Positions 47,301-56,892 of a DNA stretch of 64,000 nucleotides are shown piece by piece (position 1 is the first letter of the stretch; each line of letters begins with the position of its first letter). Made by a program: the position numbers and the translations under genes. Under the pieces are notes generated by a model, which saw nothing but the letters and a program-made list of their open reading frames with translations, was not told the origin of the DNA and made no database searches. Source of the stretch: Eledone cirrhosa (Eukaryota); the NCBI GenBank assembly GCA_964016885.1, contig OZ024742.1, forward strand, positions 284,890,001-284,954,000. The letters run 5' to 3'.

Positions 47301-48222
47301 AGTAGGCCAGGGGATACCCAAGGAGGAAATAACATCAAGGAGGAAGAGCAGCCTTAAGGGAAAATCCCTTCATAGTACCTTCTTTGAGAAAACTGAATTT
47401 AGAGATCCACAGACATGGAACTGGTTGAGAAGAGGAGACCTCAAAAAGGCTACAGAAGGAATGCTAATGGCTGCGCAGGAGCAGGCCCTCAAAACGAAGT
47501 GGTTGAAGCACCATATCTACAAGGAGGAGGCTAGCCCACTGTGCAGGATCTGTGGAGAGAGAGAGGAGACTGTGGCTCACATTGTGTCCGAGTGTAAACA
47601 CCTAGCCCAGACCCACTATAAGGGCTGGAGACACGATGTGATGGGCAGGGTGATCCACTGGCACCTGTGCAAAGTAAACAATCTACCACATTCTGAGAAA
47701 TGGTATGAGCATAGGCCAGAGGCGGTGATGGAGAACAGTCAGGTGAAGGTGCTGTGGGATTTTAGGATACAGACGGACAAAAAACTGGAACACAATAGAC
47801 CTGACCTGGTGGTTGTGGACAAAGAAAAAAGATCGTGCCTGATTGTGGATGTGGCCTGCCCGTTCGACACGAGAGTGCAAGAGAAGGAGAGGGAGAAAAT
47901 TAACCGATACCAGGACCTAAAGTGGGAGGTGAAAAGGATTTGGAACTGCCATGAAGTCAAAGTGATCCCGATTGTCATAGGCGCACTGGGGACTATCTCC
48001 AAAGGTTTCCAGGGATGGTTAAAGAAAATCGGCCCCTTCACGCTTTTTGGAACGCTTCAAAAGGCATGCTTGCTTGGAACGGCAAGAACCCTCCGATACG
48101 TCCTGAATATCTGAGGCTGCAGGTAGTGGCTTGATATTCAATCCAACGGACTTTCCAGTTAACCAACATCAATGACTGAGATTCAAGGAATAACAATAAT
48201 AATAATAATAATAATAATAATA
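44311..48222 (+). mobile_element. R4-clade (Dong-like) non-LTR retrotransposon inserted in (TAA)n
   Basis: Single long ORF, short 3' UTR, (TAA)n tail at 48191-48222 and a (TAA)n run upstream at about 44313-44357. Dong elements are known to target TAA repeats. The exact 5' end is uncertain. Confidence 0.9.
44722..48114 (+). CDS. R4/Dong ORF, 1130 aa: N-terminal DNA-binding region, reverse transcriptase, CCHC knuckle, restriction-like endonuclease
   Basis: SPGPDG, NYRPITCL, WIDYRKAFDMVPH, GIFQGDSLSPLLF, HLLFMDDLKL, DRLYLRRSEGGRGL, CRICGEREETVAHIVSEC, RHD, PDLVVVD...DVACP...EK. No stops. Confidence 0.95.
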   Translation: METRTSCDRLSPNRCPLAQQQEPDCQPNTADVGGRRRRKGARTNWTKELNRTVMQCYLKSNPKERGYRRRMHNIWNEIGLFKLDEQKLAGQARVIRTNGWISELELEELSRENGLEMAGVVCQTSEPAGNEGEEVLRTEEPPEADNDLNTEINNTWNRDTATEEMNADGLGQDSVDILNLVVDELNNDSGRPMNLRFVDRKKLKETTAKVNKVIPYLEARSLHQCNNILKATANTVRKLLGIKARGNNRQERAEPWWKKRLSGQIGEMRNDIGKLESLLNGTLKNIGTKNRLEIKYKTRSKKLNIIIEELKQRIVAKSAKIRRYENRVSQYKQNRMFDNNQKMLFGQLEGKERGKDLIPGAEQAKTFWRGIWEQDVRHNAQAGWIETVQREIGEQAQQQTDLSITVETLKGQAKKLTNWKSPGPDGVQGYWIKHLTSLHPKLTAMFNDCLVSGEVPEWLTKGTTVLIMKDRIKGNDVTNYRPITCLPVMWKLLTSIVSEEIYHHLHTNNLLPDEQKGCRKKSRGTKDQLLIDKMVMGNCRRRHTDLAMGWIDYRKAFDMVPHSWITKSLEIFRVADNIRQLLGRSMGSWETELTSTGVSLGSVKIKRGIFQGDSLSPLLFVLALMPLTIMLRKVRAGYKLGRGELTINHLLFMDDLKLFGKSEKELDVLVDTVRIFSSDICMQFGIGKCGVIVMRRGRLSRSNGIQIPTGEMIKEIDSEEGYKYLGVLEADGIKNKKMKELLRTEYIRRVRSVLKSHLNSRNAISAVNSRAVSIIRYSAGILRWNVAEQKEMDRKTRKLLTIYNMFHKRSDVDRLYLRRSEGGRGLISIEDCVQMEKNNLYKYVTYSKEPMLRAVLKEGTVGQGIPKEEITSRRKSSLKGKSLHSTFFEKTEFRDPQTWNWLRRGDLKKATEGMLMAAQEQALKTKWLKHHIYKEEASPLCRICGEREETVAHIVSECKHLAQTHYKGWRHDVMGRVIHWHLCKVNNLPHSEKWYEHRPEAVMENSQVKVLWDFRIQTDKKLEHNRPDLVVVDKEKRSCLIVDVACPFDTRVQEKEREKINRYQDLKWEVKRIWNCHEVKVIPIVIGALGTISKGFQGWLKKIGPFTLFGTLQKACLLGTARTLRYVLNI

Positions 48223-48416
48223 GTACACTATTAATAATTATTAATGCACTCGTGCAATGCCTGTGCGTGACGAATATTTTTAAAGTGAGGAAAGACTGTG
48301 CACTGAGCCAATCCCACTCTCTGAGCGACAGTAGCTATAACCCGAAAAGAAGAAAAGATCAACATCATCGGTAACTACTGAGCCGCAGGTTTTATGTCGG
48401 AGTTAACCCAGTTTCC
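48223..48416 (-). mobile_element. Family-B body (RTE 5'UTR-like sequence)
   Basis: Homologous to 37830-38021. Confidence 0.75.
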
Positions 48417-48550
48417 ATACATACATACATACATACATACATACATACATACATACATACATACATACATACATACATACATACATACATACATACATAC
48501 ATACATACATACATACATACATACATACATACATACATACATACATACAT
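48416..48550. repeat. Pure (CATA)n microsatellite
   Basis: About 33 perfect units. Confidence 0.98.
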
Positions 48551-49960
48551 AAGCTTCTCAGTGATACTGGAAACTTTAACATCAATGATAATGTGGATAG
48601 GCTATATTTGTCACGCAAGGAAGGTGGCTGGGTGTGTGATCGGGGCCTAAAATCTATATCAACATTATATGAGACCCGGAAAATAACACTGAAGATACAT
48701 TTTCAACAGAAGAAAAAGGTTAGCAGCCATCTTACCCAGGTTTATGAGCATGAAAATAATAATTGTTTCTACTTTTGGCACAAGGCCAGCAATTATCCCA
48801 GTGCATTACTGGTACTTTATTTTATCGACCCCGTAAGGATGAAGGGCAAAGTTAACCTAGGCGGGATTTGAACTCAGAATGGCAAGGGCTGTAACTCTAT
48901 GCATCAAAGCATGGCGTCCAACCCTCTACCGATACTGCCAATTCACCGCATGAAAATAATAATATTGTTAGGATAACCACTAATATAGAAGAGACATGAA
49001 ATAAAACCTGATACAAATCTCTCTCCCATGAATATTGGAAGACTCTACTCAATGCTCGAACAAACGAACAAAAAAAATCACTGAGAAGATTGTGCATGAG
49101 CACTTGAGACGAAAAACACAGACCATGAGGTGGGGGGAGGGGCTGGATAAACCATACTAAAAGCTTAACAAGGAGTTCCGACAAATTCATAACATCCCAC
49201 CTTAAAGGATGTCTCCAAGCAATCCAGGAACAAGAAATCCCCGCCAAATACATACTGCACAAATGAGGAAAGTCCTTAGTTGACAATAAATGTAGGCTGT
49301 GCAAAACAAAGAGTGAAGGTGTTAGCCACATTATTGCCAACTGTGAAAGTATGTCTTCTCGTTACTACCTCTCCATGAGGTATGATATGGTAGATAGAAC
49401 GATCTGGAATTCATTGCGGAAGACGAAAATCAAATCAAATAGGGAGGAATATGTTGATACTAATGGCTTAAAGGAAGACTAGTGGAACCTAAAAATAAAA
49501 GCAGCCACATTAAAGCACAACCGGCCTGATATTGTTGTTTGGAACCACACATTAAAAACATGTTCAAGGCGTCAGCTACCCACATGATATGGTAAGAAAA
49601 ATACAAGAGAAGAAGGATTTCTATGGAGCATTGATGAGGAGTTTGCAGATCCATTATCCAAGATACACGTTCATCTTCAAACCCGTCATTGTTGGAGCTA
49701 CAAGTATTATACCAACCCGCCTGGTCCAAAGTATAACTGAGCTTGGTTTTGTAGAGAAAGAACGCCACTCTTTAATTCAAATGGCCGCGAAATCTGGAAA
49801 CTTCGAAATTTGTAAAACATTCTTAACATTCAAAGGATGAACGCTTGCACAAGAGACGACGATAATGTCCTTTCTTTACAACCTTGCCACCGGGAAGGTG
49901 GCCAGTCAAAAATCAACTAAAAAAAACAACACAAAAATCAACTCAAAATTAAGAGAAAGA
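48551..49960 (+). pseudogene. Degraded 5'-truncated R4-like retrotransposon (family-A-related) interrupted by a SINE
   Basis: VDRLYLSRKEGG...RGL, AIQEQEI, KCRLCK...HIIANC, HNRPDIVVW, and a C-terminus EKKDFYGALMRSLQIHYPRYTFIFKPVIVGA...ICKTFL similar to 38800-39042. Many stops and frameshifts. Confidence 0.85.
48762..48949 (-). mobile_element. tRNA-derived SINE, same family as 35572-35760
   Basis: Reverse complement matches the 35572 copy, e.g. CTGGTACTTTATTTTATCGAC.CCGTAAGGATGAA.GGCAAAGTTAACCT. Confidence 0.85.
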
Positions 49961-49967
49961 GAGAACA

Positions 49968-50217
49968 CACATGCATACATACATATTCATACATACATAC
50001 ATAAAGACATACATACACACACACACACATACATGCATACATACACACACATATACATACATACATGAATACATACACACATACATATACTTACATACAT
50101 ACATACGTACATACACACATACATAACATAACATAACATAACATAACACAACATAACATAACATAACAACATAATATAACAAAACACTACAATATAACAT
50201 AACATACATACATACAT
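49968..50217. repeat. Degenerate (CATA)n/(CATAA)n microsatellite
   Basis: Visible simple repeats closing the R4-like copy. Confidence 0.9.
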
Positions 50218-50663
50218 CAGCTACTAAACATAAACAAGATGTGGCAGGTAAGGAAGGAATTTGTTTTGTTGTTGTTTTTTAATCTTGTTGGGTGGTCGAC
50301 AACGTAAAGAGAACCGCCGAGCCAGCCAAGAAGAGGCCGTTGACTGACAAACAGTAGCACCTCAAGCAAGCAGTAACTGCCATTCAATTTTGTCATCCTA
50401 TCTGACAAACATACTTGATGGTCGCCCCTTATCTTGATCGTACTTCTTCACTGGTTTGCACCACCGCCATTGCAGCTGCTATAGCTTTGGCAGTCGTCAT
50501 CAATGTCTGTCTTTCCTTTGCTTTTGCTTTCGCTCTCTTATCACATTTTCACATATTTGCAAGTGTGTGTGTGGGGGGGGGGGAGTGATGCAGGCATGGT
50601 ACGTGGAAAATAGCTTCTTCCTGAATAGCTCAGTATCCATGTATGTACGAGTGTGTATCTGCG

Positions 50664-50986
<323 letters not shown>

Positions 50987-51014
50987 GAATGTAGAGAGGT
51001 GACACACGCGTTGC

Positions 51015-51479
51015 TATATATAAACAAATAGTAAAAAGGGAAAAATACAGTAAAAATATGCTAGAGGGATTTTTCCAGTATAACATCAAAACATTTATTT
51101 ACAAGGTAGGGATTTCCGCATTTAATCATGTACCGGTTTCAGCTTTATATGCCTTTTCAATGACTGTCGAAGCCAACAATTTAACATGCTACTACCTCTG
51201 TTGGTCAACACTAACAGAGAACAAAAGAAAACTACGGACAAAAATATGAACTTTTCCCAAAAAAATTTCTTTTTCTCCATTTTATTATTATTCGTATAAA
51301 TATACAATTTAACTGCACTATACACTTCCGTCGTTGAAAAAGCATATAACGCTGAAACCGGTACACAATTAAATGCGAAAATCCCTACCTTGTAAATAAA
51401 TGTTTGATGTTATACTGGAAAAATCCCCCTAGCATTTTCTACTCTATTTTTTTTCCTTTTTACTATTTGTTTATATATA
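51015..51479. repeat. Long inverted repeat with arms of about 150 bp (51015-51165 and 51328-51479), Penelope pseudo-LTR-like
   Basis: Arms are reverse complements, e.g. TTTTTCCAGTATAACATCAAA and ACATTTATTTACAAGGTAGGGATTT. Each arm has TTGAAAA-RGC-loop-GCT-GAAA-CCGG-TA, a degenerate minimal-hammerhead-like motif. Confidence 0.85.
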
Positions 51480-51710
51480 AGAGGTTGACGGGACTAGCAT
51501 AAGGTTTCCCTGCTAGTACCGGTTGCACCTCAGCGTATTCAATAGGTAAGGTTATGTAAAAATTCCAGAGTAGACACAAAGTTATTTGCCTCAATACAAC
51601 ACACGTAAATGAGTACCATAAATTTATACCTGTACTCAAGTTTCGGCCACACTTAATGCAGCAAGAGAACGTACAGCATCTATTGTCTGCATTTATTTAT
51701 ATATAGAGAG

Positions 51711-52010
51711 AGTGTGTACCCCCGGCATTCAAGGTCCTGGTTATTCGCGATTTTCACTTTGAACCTAACTGGAAACCACCGCATATTCGTGGGATCGTAA
51801 ATATCTTCCACGATTTTTTAACGCTAAATTATTAATAACAATATACCGAATTTTCCGGTCTATTGGACGCCCCTTCGCATAAATTTCATTTTATGTCATA
51901 TTTTGACGTTTATAGGCATTTTTTATGGACCACGTCCAATATTCGCGTTTTTTTTTACTTTTCGCGGGTGCTCTAGGAACGCGACCCCTGTGAATACCGG
52001 GGGACAACTG
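51711..52010. mobile_element. Tc1/mariner-superfamily (pogo/Tigger-like) MITE, degraded
   Basis: Right end GAATACCGGGGGACAACTG followed by TA; left end GTGTACCCCCGGCATTC is its imperfect inverse. Confidence 0.55.
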
Positions 52011-52041
<31 letters not shown>

Positions 52042-52454
52042 ATTTTTGGAGAGAAACGTATGTATGTTTAGTCAGCCATTTTGGGGAAATACTCGACTAT
52101 CTATTGCTCTAAACTGACGAAGCTCAAAACTGTAGAAACAATCTATTTAGATATTTAGACGTAGAAGAAATATGAAATATTAAATACCTTTCAATTCAAA
52201 TGTATAAATACAACATAGTCCATTACACGAAAAGAAAACAAAAATATAAGTATGTACACGTACATACATATATGCATACCGACGTACAGTAGTATGTATA
52301 TATATATATACATACATGCACACATATATATATGCATGTATGGATTCACCGAACATTTATTATAATGCTCGGTGTGTTTGTAAACAAACATCCCGTATTA
52401 AGCCGTAGTGTCTAGCAACCACCGTTGCTCGTTTGTTCAACACTGACAAAGGAA

Positions 52455-52495
52455 CGCTGTACTAGTTTCAAGCTTGTTAGCTATCGTCAGCAACG
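52455..52495 (-). ncRNA. Type I hammerhead ribozyme motif, left arm copy 1
   Basis: Minus strand CGTTG-CTGACGA-T-AGCT-AACA-AGCT-T-GAAA-CTAG-TA-CAGCG: stem I, CUGAnGA, stem II, GAAA, minimal palindromic stem III, GUA cleavage triplet. Stem I extends over 52435-52521. Confidence 0.85.
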
Positions 52496-52876
52496 TATAC
52501 CTTCCTGCCAGATTGTTGAACGTATATACTTACCTTATGCATATTAACGGCTGAGTAGCCCAATATGCATATCGAGTGGGTTAATCGGCCGGGTGCACCG
52601 AAAACGATAAACGGAAAAAATGAAACGATATTTCATTTCCCACTCTTAGTACGGCTGTTACTTAAATATAAGTATGTACACGTACATACATATATGCATA
52701 CCGACGTACAGTAGTATGTATATATATATATACATACATGCACACATATATATATGCACGTATGGATTCACCGAACATTTATTATAATGCTCGGTGTGTT
52801 TGTAAACAAACATCCCGTATTAAGCCGTAGTGTCTAGCAACCACCGTTGCTCGTTTGTTCAACACTGACAAAGGAA

Positions 52877-52917
52877 CGCTGTACTAGTTTCAAGCTTGTT
52901 AGCTATCGTCAGCAACG
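52877..52917 (-). ncRNA. Type I hammerhead ribozyme motif, left arm copy 2
   Basis: Core identical to copy 1. Confidence 0.85.
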
Positions 52918-53298
52918 TATACCTTCCTGCCAGATTGTTGAACGTATATACTTACCTTATGCATATTAACGGCTGAGTAGCCCAATATGCATATCGAGTG
53001 GGTTAATCGGCCGGGTGCACCGAAAACGATAAACGGAAAAAATGAAACGATATTTCATTTCCCACTCTTAGTACGGCTGTTACTTAAATATAAGTATGTA
53101 CACGTACATACATATATGCATACCGACGTACAGTAGTATGTATATATATATATACATACATGCACACATATATATATGCACGTATGGATTCACCGAACAT
53201 TTATTATAATGCTCGGTGTGTTTGTAAACAAACATCCCGTATTAAGCCGTAGTGTCTAGCAACCACCGTTGCTCGTTTGTTCAACACTGACAAAGGAA

Positions 53299-53339
53299 CG
53301 CTGTACTAGTTTCAAGCTTGTTAGCTATCGTCAGCAACG
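53299..53339 (-). ncRNA. Type I hammerhead ribozyme motif, left arm copy 3
   Basis: Core identical to copy 1. Confidence 0.85.
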
Positions 53340-53720
53340 TATACCTTCCTGCCAGATTGTTGAACGTATATACTTACCTTATGCATATTAACGGCTGAGT
53401 AGCCCAATATGCATATCGAGTGGGTTAATCGGCCGGGTGCACCGAAAACGATAAACGGAAAAAATGAAACGATATTTCATTTCCCACTCTTAGTACGGCT
53501 GTTACTTAAATATAAGTATGTACACGTACATACATATATGCATACCGACGTACAGTAGTATGTATATATATATATACATACATGCACACATATATATATG
53601 CACGTATGGATTCACCGAACATTTATTATAATGCTCGGTGTGTTTGTAAACAAACATCCCGTATTAAGCCGTAGTGTCTAGCAACCACCGTTGCTCGTTT
53701 GTTCAACACTGACAAAGGAA

Positions 53721-53761
53721 CGCTGTACTAGTTTCAAGCTTGTTAGCTATCGTCAGCAACG
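53721..53761 (-). ncRNA. Type I hammerhead ribozyme motif, left arm copy 4
   Basis: Core identical to copy 1. Confidence 0.85.
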
Positions 53762-54142
53762 TATACCTTCCTGCCAGATTGTTGAACGTATATACTTACC
53801 TTATGCATATTAACGGCTGAGTAGCCCAATATGCATATCGAGTGGGTTAATCGGCCGGGTGCACCGAAAACGATAAACGGAAAAAATGAAACGATATTTC
53901 ATTTCCCACTCTTAGTACGGCTGTTACTTAAATATAAGTATGTACACGTACATACATATATGCATACCGACGTACAGTAGTATGTATATATATATATACA
54001 TACATGCACACATATATATATGCACGTATGGATTCACCGAACATTTATTATAATGCTTGGTGTGTTTGTAAACAAACATCCCGTATTAAGCCGTAGTGTC
54101 TAGCAACCACCGTTGCTCGTTTGTTCAACACTGACAAAGGAA

Positions 54143-54183
54143 CGCTGTACTAGTTTCAAGCTTGTTAGCTATCGTCAGCAACG
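54143..54183 (-). ncRNA. Type I hammerhead ribozyme motif, left arm copy 5
   Basis: Core identical to copy 1. Confidence 0.85.
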
Positions 54184-54564
54184 TATACCTTCCTGCCAGA
54201 TTGTTGAACGTATATACTTACCTTATGCATATTAACGGCTGAGTAGCCCAATATGCATATCGAGTGGGTTAATCGGCCGGGTGCACCGAAAACGATAAAC
54301 GGAAAAAATGAAACGATATTTCATTTCCCACTCTTAGTACGGCTGTTACTTAAATATAAGTATGTACACGTACATACATATATGCATACCGACGTACAGT
54401 AGTATGTATATATATATATACATACATGCACACATATATATATGCACGTATGGATTCACCGAACATTTATTATAATGCTCGGTGTGTTTGTAAACAAACA
54501 TCCCGTATTAAACCGTAGTGTCTAGCAACCACCGTTGCTCGTTTGTTCAACACTGACAAAGGAA

Positions 54565-54605
54565 CGCTGTACTAGTTTCAAGCTTGTTAGCTATCGTCAG
54601 CAACG
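54565..54605 (-). ncRNA. Type I hammerhead ribozyme motif, left arm copy 6
   Basis: Core identical; one substitution at 54608 in the stem I bulge. Confidence 0.85.
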
Positions 54606-54986
54606 TAAACCTTCCTGCCAGATTGTTGAACGTATATACTTACCTTATGCATATTAACGGCTGAGTAGCCCAATATGCATATCGAGTGGGTTAATCGGCC
54701 GGGTGCACCGAAAACGATAAACGGAAAAAATGAAACGATATTTCATTTCCCACTCTTAGTACGGCTGTTACTTAAATATAAGTATGTACACGTACATACA
54801 TATATGCATACCGACGTACAGTAGTATGTATATATATATATACATACATGCACACATATATGTATGCACGTATGGATTCACCGAACATTTATTATAATGC
54901 TCGGTGTGTTTGTAAACAAACATCCCGTATTAAGCCGTAGTGTCTAGCAACCACCGTTGCTCGTTTGTTCAACACTGACAAAGGAA

Positions 54987-55027
54987 CGCTGTACTAGTTT
55001 CAAGCTTGTTAGCTATCGTCAGCAACG
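54987..55027 (-). ncRNA. Type I hammerhead ribozyme motif, left arm copy 7
   Basis: Core identical to copy 1. Confidence 0.85.
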
Positions 55028-55408
55028 TATACCTTCCTGCCAGATTGTTGAACGTATATACTTACCTTATGCATATTAACGGCTGAGTAGCCCAATATGC
55101 ATATCGAGTGGGTTAATCGGCCGGGTGCACCGAAAACGTTAAACGGAAAAAATGAAACGATATTTCATTTCCCACTCTTAGTACGGCTGTTAATTAAATA
55201 TAAGTATGTACACGTACATACATATATGCATACCGACGTACAGTAGTATGTATATATATATATACATACATGCAGACATATATATATGCACGTATGGATT
55301 CACCGAACATTTATTATAATGCTCGGTGTGTTTGTAAACAAACATCCCGTATTAAGCCGTAGTGTCTAGCAACCACCGTTGCTCGTTTGTTCAACACTGA
55401 CAAAGGAA

Positions 55409-55449
55409 CGCTGTACTAGTTTCAAGCTTGTTAGCTATCGTCAGCAACG
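55409..55449 (-). ncRNA. Type I hammerhead ribozyme motif, left arm copy 8
   Basis: Core identical to copy 1. Confidence 0.85.
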
Positions 55450-56007
55450 TATACCTTCCTGCCAGATTGTTGAACGTATATACTTACCTTATGCATATTA
55501 ACGGCTGAGTAGCCCAATATGCATATCGAGTGGGTTAATCGGCCGGGTGCACCGAAAACGATAAACGGAAAAAATGAAACGATATTTCATTTCCCACTCT
55601 TAGTACGGCTGTTACTTAAATATAAGTATGTACACGTACATACATATATGCATACCGACGTACAGTAGTATGTATATATATATATACATACATGCACACA
55701 TATATATATGCACGTATGGATTCACCGAACATTTATTATAATGCTCGGTGTGTTTGTAAACAAACATCCCGTATTAAGCCGTAGTGTCTAGCAACCACCG
55801 TTGCTCGTTTGTTCAACATACTTATACATACTTATATTTAAGTAACAGCCGTACTAAGAGTGGGAAATGAAATATCGTTTCATTTTTTCCGTTTATCGTT
55901 TTCGGTGCACCCGGCCGATTAACCCACTCGATATGCATATTGGGCTACTCAGCCGTTAATATGCATAAGGTAAGTATATACGTTCAACAATCTGGCAGGA
56001 AGGTATA

Positions 56008-56048
56008 CGTTGCTGACGATAGCTAACAAGCTTGAAACTAGTACAGCG
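56008..56048 (+). ncRNA. Type I hammerhead ribozyme motif, right arm copy 1
   Basis: CGTTGCTGACGATAGCTAACAAGCTTGAAACTAGTACAGCG on the plus strand; predicted cut between 56043 and 56044. Confidence 0.85.
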
Positions 56049-56429
56049 TTCCTTTGTCAGTGTTGAACAAACGAGCAACGGTGGTTGCTAGACACTACGG
56101 CTTAATACGGGATGTTTGTTTACAAACACACCGAGCATTATAATAAATGTTCGGTGAATCCATACGTGCATATATATATGTGTGCATGTATGTATATATA
56201 TATATACATACTACTGTACGTCGGTATGCATATATGTATGTACGTGTACATACTTATATTTAAGTAACAGCCGTACTAAGAGTGGGAAATGAAATATCGT
56301 TTCATTTTTTCCGTTTATCGTTTTCGGTGCACCTGGCCGATTAACCCACTCGATATGCATATTGGGCTACTCAGCCGTTAATATGCATAAGGTAAGTATA
56401 TACGTTCAACAATCTGGCAGGAAGGTATA

Positions 56430-56470
56430 CGTTGCTGACGATAGCTAACAAGCTTGAAACTAGTACAGCG
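56430..56470 (+). ncRNA. Type I hammerhead ribozyme motif, right arm copy 2
   Basis: Identical core. Confidence 0.85.
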
Positions 56471-56851
56471 TTCCTTTGTCAGTGTTGAACAAACGAGCAA
56501 CGGTGGTTGCTAGACACTACGGCTTAATACGGGATGTTTGTTTACAAACACACCGAGCATTATAATAAATGTTCGGTGAATCCATACGTGCATATATATA
56601 TGTGTGCATGTATGTATATATATATATACATACTACTGTACGTCGGTATGCATATATGTATGTACGTGTACATACTTATATTTAAGTAACAGCCGTACTA
56701 AGAGTGGGAAATGAAATATCGTTTCATTTTTTCCGTTTATCGTTTTCGGTGCACCCGGCCGATTAACCCACTCGATATGCATATTGGGCTACTCAGCCGT
56801 TAATATGCATAAGGTAAGTATATACGTTCAACAATCTGGCAGGAAGGTATA

Positions 56852-56892
56852 CGTTGCTGACGATAGCTAACAAGCTTGAAACTAGTACAGCG
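56852..56892 (+). ncRNA. Type I hammerhead ribozyme motif, right arm copy 3
   Basis: Identical core. Confidence 0.85.

Noticed and set aside
35572-48949. Two inverted SINE copies as the ends of a 13-kb composite element
   Set aside because: Each copy is nested in a different older element, which points to independent insertions of an abundant SINE.
50280-50430. HDV-like fold on the minus strand (CAACG-GCC-TCTTCTT-GGC-TGGCTC-GG...CGTTG)
   Set aside because: P2 and P3 can be drawn, but there is no convincing 5' P1 strand, P4 or canonical J4/2.
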